Positions 53,204 through 64,000 of a DNA stretch of 64,000 bases are shown here, one piece after another (position 1 is the stretch's first letter; the number at the start of each line of letters is the position of its first letter). This DNA comes from Epiperipatus broadwayi (taxonomy: Eukaryota; Animalia; Onychophora), in NCBI GenBank assembly GCA_028023455.1, contig JAQFVV010000004.1:4092001-4156000 (forward strand). The letters are read 5' to 3'. A program made the translations under genes and the position numbers. The notes under the pieces are model-generated. The model was not told the origin of the DNA. It worked only from the letters and a program-made list of their open reading frames with translations, and did no database searches.

Positions 53204-54110
53204 AAATTTTTTTCTTGGAAAATTTTTTAATTTGATTGAGAGCTAGGCACTCTTAACTATTGTTATTATGACCTTCTCATATCCATCTACTCCTAATCTT
53301 GGTTAAGTGATAATGAGATATTCCTAGAGAGGCAACCAGGCCAATACATTTCCCTTTTCTAATGATCGAATCAGCAGCACCAAACAGTTTTAATCAAGCT
53401 ATACAAACAATATGTGAGTTGAATTCTGCCTCCTGATTGTATATACAGGTTCGAGTCCACAGGATATCTCTGTGACCTGATTAAACCTGTTCATACCCCA
53501 CATTTCACAACTTATATCCCTCTAAGTGACAACTCTGATCACTATACCGAGGTAGGTTTGATGGCTGACATTTCTTATCCAGCTCATCCATGAACTCAGA
53601 ATATTAACTGACAACTCATTATATAAGGGGTTCTTTCCCCATACATTGGTTTATATTTCACTGACTCATGATATTTATCAAATATCTAACGAGCAATTTC
53701 AATCCAGTGAGTCTTTATATGAGAAGAGGGTCTCTGCCCCTGCCTTCCCTATCTAATAACATCTAGTTCACTGTTTAGAACTCACACATGAATATATAAC
53801 AGATGGCTTACTATATACCGCTAAGATCCCTATTAAAATATCTGTCCCTGCCTACCTCCAGCCTCTATCTATGATCTCATACACTACTATCTAACTGATG
53901 GTTTGTCTCAATTTGGATAAAGTGTTTCTTGCAAACTGTTTGGCCATTTGCTGGCTCATTCTTCCCTTATGTTATCATTATTATTATATATTTTTTGTTT
54001 ATTCTCATAAGTCCATTTTCCATTAATCTTAATCCAGTCCATTTCCAATATTGTACCAGTGGATCCATCTGTTTCTTATAATTGTAATTATGTTTTATCT
54101 GGAGGTAGTC

Positions 54111-55572
54111 TCATCCTGTTATATTCATATCTGCTTCCTCTGGGATATGGATTTTGATCCCTACATTCTCTATCCTCTGTCCATTCATATGGATGCTTCC
54201 ACTCAGTTTCCACTCTATGATGTCCATCCTTCTGTACTCTTGGGTTCCAATCCATAAAATCTCTTCTGTTTTCTTTCCATCGCCCTTTACTAGGATCTCA
54301 ACCATTTTTAATTACAAGTTATTCCTTTGAAGGTGGTCTAGATTTATATCCCTCATCCCTCTGGTCGGTCCTGGTGCTATCCAATGCATTTAGCAACTCA
54401 GCAATCTGATCCACTGTCTTCCTCTTCATACTAATCAGTATCTGTTCAATGTCTCTCGGGAAACCATGCCTAAATCATCTGAATTATTTGCATTTCAGAT
54501 AATAGATTAACTGTCATCATCTGTAACTTGGCCACTTGATGGTGAAAGAATGTTGTAAATGATTCCCCCAGTCTCCATTTCTCCTTTGCTATCTGATGCA
54601 ACATGTTTTCTTGGAGTTCCTCACTCCAATAACTGGTCCTCAAAGCTTTATGATATCCTGCAAATGTTGTGGGCTTCTGGAACAGTGAGTTCCACCACAT
54701 TTGTGATTCGGCTTCCAAATGGCTGCAGGCCACCACTATCTTGGCCTCCTCATTCATCCTGCTGAACTTGAAATATCTTTTGAGGCTCCCCAAGTGCCAT
54801 AGGGCTTTCTCCTGGGTGCCCTGAGAAGACTTGTATCTTTAAGAACTGATGGAACCTGATAGGATTATCTATGTGATTTTCATAGCTCCTGTCTATATAT
54901 CCTCCAGTGGCTCTTGGTTTGATACCTTCTACTTCTGTGTTTGCGCTGTTACTGGCTAACCTTATCCTCTCTTCAAATTTAGTCTCTAACCTTTCCACTA
55001 CTTTCCCTACCTGACTTATGTCCCACTGCATATTCGCCAGCATCCTATTATTTTCTAATCTCATCACTTCAAATTTCTTCTTTTTATCTAACTTCCTTAT
55101 TTCCACTTCCGGCTGCCATATGTCTACTCTCAGATCTGCACATGCTGACTTTATCTCTACACTGTCTGCCCTATCTAGTTCCTCACACTCATATGGTTCT
55201 ATGTTTTTTTGTTCATCCAACTTGATTTCCCTGTCCTGTCCATTCCCTGTATCCTTTGCATCTGATTGCTTGGTGAAGTTACTCCTCATTTCTTCTATGG
55301 CTTCAGCAATTCTTTTGTCATTCTCCATTGCTAACTTCACACTCCCCCCCCATTCTTCCACCCACTCCTTTCCTTTCTTCCCTGTCCTGGCATTCCTTCA
55401 TGAATTGCTGTTGTTCCATTCTCATCTGCATGAGCATATTCATTACATCACTAAAATCGATTTTATCTTTCACTTCCCTTGGTGTGATTTCCCCTGTGTC
55501 TCTCTCCTTATCTTCATCCACTCTTACTTCATTTATTTGATGGTCCATTTTAGTTTGGGACCTTGTACGCAT
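54111..55572 (-). pseudogene. Frameshifted gag (coiled coil + retrotransposon gag / Arc-like capsid domain)
   Basis: MRTRSQTK start; coiled-coil segment; FSG..GESP..L..LKRYF...K...ACSHLE.ESQMWW...TF..Y..AL...YWS capsid pattern split across ORFs 55318-55572, 54750-55361 and 54470-54793. Confidence 0.85.
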
Positions 55573-56572
55573 AGATATAATTTTTACTTAACCCTTCTTG
55601 ATATATATATATATTCTTTACTGATTCTTTCCTTTCTATTTTGATTTGCTATTTGGTTCTTTATTATATGATTATTAGCATTTAGACCGCTAGCCCATCC
55701 AAACACTCTTGCTCTGGTTCACCATTTTGTCTACCTGCCCTAGATTCATTTTGATGGCCTGCCCTACTTTGATGACTGCCCTCTATTCCACTACATATGT
55801 AAACTCTTACTCACTCTACTTAAGTAAATGACGCACTTATATATTTTTTAAATTTAACTGCTTAAAACTATACTTTATTCCTCTCTGTAATGATATATAT
55901 AAATTCATTTCTTTTAACTGTCTTTTTAACAATCCGCATTTCTGACATATTGTAATACTAAGTGTATCATTTATTGATCACTTTATTGTTAAGGCTATTT
56001 TTTAAATTCATACACATATATTTTTCAACTTACTAAGATCCTACATTACACACTCTGTTTGTACTTTATTGATTTGGCTATGAAATCATACATACATTTA
56101 TTTTTTAACCTAACTTAACTGAAATATGCGACTATTTTAGAATCACACATATATATTTCCTTCAACTTAACTTGCATATGCGATTATTTTATTATTTATA
56201 ATTAAAACATTCCTGAAACTTTATTTTAATTCTTTTTTAACTTAACTAGTTTTTATTTTTGTTAACAACGATTACATCTAGATAATCTATCTTGAATACT
56301 ACAATTATATTTGAATACTTTTTTTCTTCCATTAAATGTGTCACAATGAAACTTCAAAGCTTTCTTGATATTAAAATTACCCCCTTCTTTTTGTCCTTTC
56401 TACACATTTGATGTCGAAACACATATATAAAGTATTACAAAGTGCAAAAAAAAAAATTCCCCCTCGTCTTCACTCCTCACCACTCTGATTTATTAAACTA
56501 ATTATATATATATTTCTTACTTTTATTTTACAAAATCTACTCAACACGTGATTACCAGTTGCACAGAAAAGA

Positions 56573-56590
56573 ATCCCAGACTGGCCCCCA
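56573..56590 (-). promoter_or_regulatory. Primer-binding site complementary to tRNA-Pro
   Basis: TGGGGGCCAGTCTGGGAT vs canonical Pro PBS TGGGGGCTCGTCCGGGAT (15/18), 3 nt from the 5' LTR. Confidence 0.85.
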
Positions 56591-58395
56591 AAATGTAACG
56601 GAAATGAAAGATCGAAGATAAATTCCCTTTTATTTATATATAATATGGATTCTTAATTTCAAAATCATCCACCTTCCATTACCGCAAGCAAAGAGAACAT
56701 ATAGACATAAACGAATCTATATCCATACATGATCGAACCTGTGACCATATGGATATTGCCCCAGGTTATTTTTCCCGATCAAATGTCTCTCGACTGCTGT
56801 AATTATTAAAGAATTACAGCGCTTGGATAATTTATAAATTAAATGGGATCAAGAATACTGCATCACTAGCCTCACATGTTACTTAGTACTTAAAATGGAG
56901 TAATAATTATAACCCAAACCCCTCTGGGTATATTAACTGTCTAGAATGGTGAAGAACGAGACGAAACAGATAAAATAATTAAGGAATATTTAATATAATA
57001 AATAAACAACAAAAAAAGAAATCAATTGAAATATTTACATACAATAAAAAAAAAATCATTGGATATAATGCTATGATTAAATGTATGGTTTCAATCCTAT
57101 AAATGATTATAATCTATGAAAATAAATTATCCATTTATAGTCATCATTCCAAGTATTAGAAAGAGTTTAATTATTGTCTATATCATTAATATCTGGAATT
57201 TGCAATTGCTTTAAATCAAAAGTATGTGCACATATGTTCTATATAGGTATGATATGTAATTTACCTAGGTTTTTCTTCATCTCTGATATAAGTTAAGGTC
57301 CTGCTGACCGTCACGTGGAATTCCTCCACTTCTTTAGCAGGGAACGGTCGCTCTTAGATTGGACTTGGTTTGTGGAATTTCTTCTTATTTGTAGTGACTT
57401 CTCCATACTAGGACATCAAGGGCATGGCAGGTGGATCATCAGGCAGGCACTACATTGGCAGTTGTTACATGGTGAAGGTGACCGTTCGAGCACGGTGGGT
57501 CTGAATTGGCCAGCGATCATGATGGCCCTTAGCCACACATTCTTGAAGCTTCACTTATGTTGTAAATCATTTTCCTGTTCATACAGTGTTCAGTTTCTAT
57601 GTCGAGGTCCTTCCACTCAGCTTCTGGGTTTTTTCTTTTTAAAAATTTAAAGGATTTTCATGTCTGCTTTCTACTTTATTCTAATCTGCTTATTATCAGA
57701 GCAGTGTCCTTACCGAAGTCTCTACATGAACTCTCCTTTTAGAATTAATTAATTAATGTCTTTTTTTTCAAATTCTTTCATTATCTTGATCCTTTTGTTT
57801 GTAGCTTTCCATTCACACCTTTCACTTTAAGATGCCTTCAGCAACTTATACAAATTTACTTTTTCATACAATTTTGTAGCAATATTTTAAATTTATTTCT
57901 TATTTATTTTATTTTCCTTTTAATAAATTTTTTTTTTATAAAATTATTTTCATTTGACAGGCATTAAACATTGCTGTCTTTATACACACTTTATACATAC
58001 TTTCACGCATGCATTTTGTTTTTCGTCAAAATGTGTACTTTTATGGAATAAATCTTTATCTTTAGTCATGTTTTAAATTCTATTTCTAATCTTATTTAAA
58101 CTCCTCAAATTTTTTACTTTTTTCTTATAAATCATTTTTTAGTTCCTATTTCATTCATATTTCCTTTTTCACTTTTGATTTTAAACCAAATATATGATTT
58201 CAATATTTTCTAACTTTACCTCTTATATTTTCAAAATATATACTTTGGAGAGTAAAAGATACGAATCTTGTTTGATTCCATTTCTCTCTCTTTCATTTCA
58301 TTACGGTAATAAATTGCGACATTATCTTTCTTCATTGGTTAAATTCTTTTATTTATTTGTTTTTTATTTCTATTTCAAAAAGAAAAGTACAATAT

Positions 58396-58505
58396 TGTCA
58401 AGCATTGGTGGTCAAAAGGTCAGAGGCGGCTGCTTTACAAGCAGTTGTCCCGGGTTAGTGGGTTCGCTTCCTGACTGATGCTATGACACATGAGAAGAAA
58501 AAAAC
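58396..58505 (+). mobile_element. Short tRNA-like SINE present in only one LTR
   Basis: Acceptor stem GCATTGG/CTGATGC, anticodon-like stem GCTGC-TTTACAA-GCAGT, long variable arm, GGTTCG B box, A-rich tail; absent at the equivalent position of the other LTR (~53130). Confidence 0.7.
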
Positions 58506-58589
58506 TACATTTAATATTTTTTAATATTAAATATATACATGTGTGATCACAGTATGTGCGATCGTCACAATATATATGTTAATACGAAG

Positions 58590-58745
58590 ATTTTCACAGG
58601 TTGCATATATAAAAGACATATTTTGCCACTTCATCCATGTTAAAACATTTAAATATTGATATACCAATGTTTTGACTTGATTACACAAGTCATCCACTGG
58701 GTTAACATGAGTGAACCTGCAAAATATGTTTTTTTATATATATAT
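58590..58745 (-). mobile_element. Decayed PLE pLTR-like fold-back with hammerhead remnant
   Basis: Minus strand CCAGTGGATGACTTG-TGTAAT-CAAGTC-AAAACATTGG; flanking IR ATATATAAAAGACATATTTTGC / GCAAAATATGTTTTTTTATATAT. Confidence 0.45.
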
Positions 58746-61700
58746 TCTCCCAAATAAAAGAAAAATCTTGGAGATATATAATATAAACTATCTCCATCAT
58801 CCTGATGATAACAAAATCCTTTGGCTAAGCTCAGTGGTTTATTTGAAGTAATAGGATTTACTACAGAGAAATGCCTTGAAATATAAGGGAATTAAAATAA
58901 TAATGAATGCATATTATCATAACATAGATAAATAAATTAAGAAGAGGAGAAACCTCACTCATTCTTATACATTACTATTAAAATTAATCAACCTTCCCAT
59001 ATTAAATTGCATCTCCTAAATAGTATAGGTAGTTTATATATCACATAAAATATCATAATGAATTTTTTTTGTTATACTTTCTTAAAATTTCTTCAAAAAT
59101 CAATGTTAATCACCAATTCACCTTATGGCCATGATCTGATCTGAAATACTGTTATAGAGTAAAGGCTAGTGTACTTTTCTTATAGTGCAATAAACTATAA
59201 TTAGTTTGCTAATGCCACACTATTGATTTTTGTGATAATAAAATTACTTTGAATAATCATAAAATAATAAGTAATGATTACAGGATTCCTTCTCTAATAA
59301 TTTAAGTATTAATAATCATATTATGTTGTTAAATAAATGAATGGCATTCTAGTAGATTAAAGGAGACATACTCTTCTCTTATAAGCTAATGTACCCCAAT
59401 ATATTATAATAACAACAACAATTAATTAAAGAAATGTTTAATCTAACTACTAATAGCATTAAAAAATATGAATTTGGAAACCCAGGATGAAAATTGAGTA
59501 TCTAGAAAGAAAGACTACCTTTTATATCATTCTAATACTCATCAACAACACAATTTAAAAACAACTTAGGAAATACTATGCATTTTTATCTGTAAAATAA
59601 TCAAATAATATGCAGTCTTAAATGAAAAATTATTTCCAAATAAAATCAAATAAATATTTGATTTTTTCAAATGCAGCTCCAATCTTTGGAATTGTAATTC
59701 TGATGCAATTTTGCATTCTTAAGATTAGATCTGTATCTTCTTTGAATTGATTATCTGATTTAAACCAGGATTTCTGTAAAACATTTAATAATTCAGGACT
59801 CAAGACATTATATATAGAATCAAAGACTAAATTATGATAATAGTAAACACATTTATTAACAGTTAACATCATGTTTACATCATACAAAATTTAAGAACAA
59901 ATTTTGCCAAAAAAAGATAATCTGCAAAACATTGGTGCTGTTTTATTGTACAAGATGTATAAATCATAGATAAAATAATCATTTACACACTTGCAACCTC
60001 ATTAATTATTTATACAAACATATGGGTAGTTTTTGTCAATTCAAATTTGCTAAATTTTTAGTTAACCACTATTTTTATTCTATAATATACTCCTTTCAAA
60101 GCAAGAATAATTTACTATTTTGCTAACTAATTTTTAAACATATTTGTTGTGTTATGCAATTTCTCTAAAATAATCACTTACTAAAGGCTTTTAAACTATA
60201 ATTGGCAACAATATTTAAGATATACCTTTGTCTTGATTAGCATATAATGAACTAATAATATTCCATTGATACCATTAAAATAAAATGAAATTAGAAAGCT
60301 GAATTCTTAACTGATAGATGGCTTAACCTTTGTCAGTAAATTGTTCTGATAATAGTAATTATCATAGAAGACAGAAATAAGAAAACTACTGTCTGGAATT
60401 TATTAACCTAACAATAAAGAAATTTGAGAAAACTTTTATATTTTTAAAAAATTGAGAAAACTTTTCAGAATTCATGCACACAACATACTAGATTTTGCTA
60501 ATGTCCACCTAATAAATTATTTAACCCTTAATTGTCTTATCACTCCATTGGAAAACTACTTCTGGATGGTGAGAATGATAATATTATATATGTGCATACC
60601 TTACTATGTTATTCACTCATATACACATTAAATTACTAAAACATTTGTTGGTTTACTTGTAAACTACTAGAAAGGTGCAACAGTATAATACATACATTAT
60701 TTCACTTTGCTAAACAATATGAATAGTAAAGTGTCCCTAAAGTGACTATACTCTTCAAAATTCTACCTTATCAATTGCCATGACAAATTTTAATGTATTC
60801 ATTAACCTCACCTTACATGGTAGAATATAACTAAATATCTTCATGAGGAAGACAAGAAAGAAAGGTTCCTCAGAGCAACAACTACATAACTGGAAAAAAC
60901 AATGGCATATTTTAATACCTTTATCTCAAATAAATGGATGTGTGAACAAGGTCTCAACACAGAAAAGAAATATAAACCACTGGAAAAATCCTCTAGGATC
61001 AAGATATACTAGATAAGCATGAAAAAACAATCATGAAATATCAAAATATAGTCCTCCCATGTGAAATAAATACTAAATGTCAGAGAGAGTACACTCAAAT
61101 CCTCTAAAGTACAATTTAAGTAATATACAACATTAATAATGCCACATGCATTACACAATTATTTTAAAAGACTATATCTTTATCATAACTGTGGCAAGAT
61201 AAAAAAAATATCATGGAAAAACTAGAGAAATAAATTTTCAATCTTTGAAATATCTACATTAATAATGCATGAAAATGCAAGTCAAACAACTATAAAAATA
61301 CTTTAAGTAGCATAATAAAATTTTGCAAATAATAAGAAACACACATTCAATAAAAGCAGCATAAAATATTAAAACTAAAGTGGAAATAAATAGCAACTGC
61401 AAATATTAATAAATATAAATACTGATAAATATGTTGTTATATTAATAACTTCATAATAATATTATACTATAATAGTTGAAAAATTTTATGAGCTTCTGAT
61501 AAACCAAATATTGGCTATTTACCCATAAAGAAATAAATACTTCTCATAAATGTAAAGATATGTATCTCTACCTAGAAACATATATCACATAATTTACTTT
61601 AAGCCAATAATAAAAAAATGTATAAACTTTACCTTCTCTATCTTAAGAATAAATACATAATTATATCATATAATTAAAAAAAACATCTTGATATAATATT

Positions 61701-62067
61701 AAAATAATATACGATAAAAAAATTTTTTTTTAAAACATCCATAGTTGTTTTATCCAAGTTCCTTCACCATGAGCTGCCTGATGTGGAAAAATATTGTCCT
61801 TTTGTCAGCCAATTGCATTTATGACCTCCTGGAGACAAAAGATATATAAAACAGCAATTCCTAAAAACAATTACTGCAATAGATGTGGATCCATTTTTTA
61901 TTCGTTTATAACTTTATTTACAGAATTCATTATAGCTTGTTTCTGTTTTACAATTTCAGTAGAAAATATATTATTAGAAATATTTATATAACTTTATCCA
62001 CAGCTATACATACTTTGGGAAAATTAAGTTTATTTTAAAATAGCTTTTTATAATAGTATTTAAAATA

Positions 62068-63023
62068 TACCTGGGTCTCGTTTTATGTGGATTATTTTAA
62101 TGTGATTTTGAAGTTATGCAATTCATGTTTCTTCTTAATATCTTTCATATTTCACTATATTTATTAGATATCAAGAAATTTAAACTATTAATAACTTATT
62201 TTGACTTGAAGTACTTTTTTTTTCAAAAATATAACATTATATTAACAGCTAATGTGAATATGGCCTGAAGCCGTATTGAGAATCTTAGCTTCTTCATAAA
62301 TAACCTATTTATACTAATGAGTAAATAATAATAACAGATTTATACTTATATATAAAAATATTGCAATAAATATTCAAAAAATTTAAACTTTTAAAACATA
62401 TTTTGCTATATATAACAAAAATAAATATTTTTTTAGATTTTTAAATAAAAAATGAAGATTTTATAAACTGAAAATAATCTTTCTAATGATAATGTATAAT
62501 CTTTTTGTTATGATTGCATTATCATTTTTTAATATAGAAATAGAAAACCATTAACACAACATAAGACTGAAAGTAGAACTAGTTGTACATCACATCACAA
62601 ATAAAGATAAAGTGGCTAACAAGTTTCTCTTGGCATAAATGCTGAGAGATTCTTGACTTCATTTAAGGAGAAGCCACAATACATCACATCACATTGAATC
62701 TGATTTCTTATCAGTTTACAAATGAACACTAGCAGTAATGATTAAAATATGTATGAAAAATGTGTAGTTAATAAAAAAATAAAAAAGTTTGTCTTGTATT
62801 AATTTTTTTCAAATATTTGAAATTTTTTATTAGACATACTTTATTTGCTTGTTTTTTTTAATGCGAATTTTAAAGTAATTTTTCCTTGTTGCTTTGCTTT
62901 TATGCAAATTCTGAAAATTTCAGAACCTATATTTTTCAAGGTAAGTTAAGTCTATTTTTGTGTGATTTTTTTAATGCGGGTTTTCTGTAGAACCTATCTA
63001 CTGCATAAAACAAGACCCAGGTG
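62068..63023. mobile_element. pogo/Tigger-like MITE (Tc1/mariner superfamily)
   Basis: TA-flanked TIRs TACCTGGGTCTCGTTTTATG / CATAAAACAAGACCCAGGTG; repeated TTT(A)ATGC(G) subterminal motifs. Confidence 0.75.
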
Positions 63024-64000
63024 TATTATTTTATTTTTCCAAATGTAATGGATAACAATTCAAAATTACTATTTCTTTAAAAATCAGCAATTTAAACAAT
63101 TTTACATTCCATAGTATTGTTATTTATTTAAAGTAATATTTTTCTATAAAACTTCATACTAATGCATACATTCATGTCACATATAGTTATTTCCTTAGAG
63201 ATTAATAAAATAAAGCTCATTTTATTTTGTAAAATACAAAAGCCAGCTTTTAAACAATTATTAAAAAAAAATTTAACAAATGAAAAATCATTATTACTAT
63301 AATTGTCAGGAGTTAAGCCTTTTTGAATTAAATAATATCAATTTCCATTGAAGCATTTTTTTCTTTACTTATAAATTAAATTGCAAAAGTCTGTCAACAA
63401 TAAGTTTGAATATTACTCTACTAAAGATAATAAATATATAAGGAAATAGTCTAGTATAATGTTCATTGTAGATTTAAAATGGTAATGAAAAATATATCTT
63501 CTCTTTCCTTAAGTCTCAGTTCATGCACATTTGATTACAAAGAATTAATAGACAATTCCAGCTTTTATTAGGCATTCTGCTAATTTTTTTAAAAGTTTCT
63601 AGATTAGATTAAAGTATAAGAAAACTCAATGCCTTATTATTTCTAACAACACATATTTGTTTAATAAATAATAAAAGTTTTAAAAAATTATCACTTTAAA
63701 TTTTATAAAAAAAAAAAATTGAAATTAAATTTTACTCTCTTTTTGTTGAGCATTCTTGAAAGAAAAGAGTTCAGTTGAGAGAAAGTAACACCAAACAGCA
63801 CATACTCAAAGTTCACTATTTATACTTTTTATTTTACAGTAGTCAAATATGTTTAAAAATACATATATGCAAGCAACAAAGATTACAAATTATAAAATTA
63901 TTATATAAAAGCCTTTTTCGGCAAATTATGTTTTTTTGCCTTTTTCAATATGTCTCCACGATTTAAAGCATGTACAGCGACATCTATATCAATACATGAG

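Larger units (their letters stand above)
51334..58569 (-). mobile_element. Ty3/Gypsy-type LTR retrotransposon, gag-only (non-autonomous), long LTRs
   Basis: Direct repeats 51334-53183 and 56594-58569 with TG..CA ends; ATAT on both flanks; PBS and PPT present; gag remnants; no RT motifs seen. Confidence 0.92.

Noticed and set aside
53200-53400. Possible integrase C-terminal (GPY/F-like) remnant
   Set aside because: Too degenerate to call without a profile search
54559-55644. Plus-strand ORFs of 68-208 aa
   Set aside because: Antisense shadows of the gag region
52054-57650. Duplicated 109/111-aa ORFs (MEFLHFFSRE...) suggesting a gene duplication
   Set aside because: Both lie inside the two LTRs, antisense to the element, with no recognisable domain

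Overview
Very AT-rich eukaryotic (probably invertebrate) intronic/intergenic DNA made almost entirely of transposable elements; no host gene can be confidently called. It contains a young, nearly intact Penelope-like element (PLE: RT + GIY-YIG, inverted pseudo-LTRs, hammerhead ribozyme), three further decayed PLE ORFs, two decayed APE-type LINEs, a hAT transposase element and a non-autonomous hAT, piggyBac-like and pogo/Tigger-like MITEs, a gag-only Ty3/Gypsy-type element with ~1.85-kb LTRs and a tRNA-Pro PBS, and tRNA-derived SINEs. The most notable pattern is a set of small ORF-less units (~360-465 nt, three families), each carrying one minimal type-I hammerhead ribozyme. They occur as tandem or circularly permuted copies, like retrozymes. 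Most well-preserved copies, several unrelated hairpins and the 3' half of a tRNA-SINE share the insertion signature of the autonomous PLE: a mostly 12-14 bp target-site duplication, a ~30-50 nt tail and a fold-back inversion. This suggests a PLE-driven system that mobilises small ribozyme RNAs and Pol III RNAs. All alignments were done by eye.
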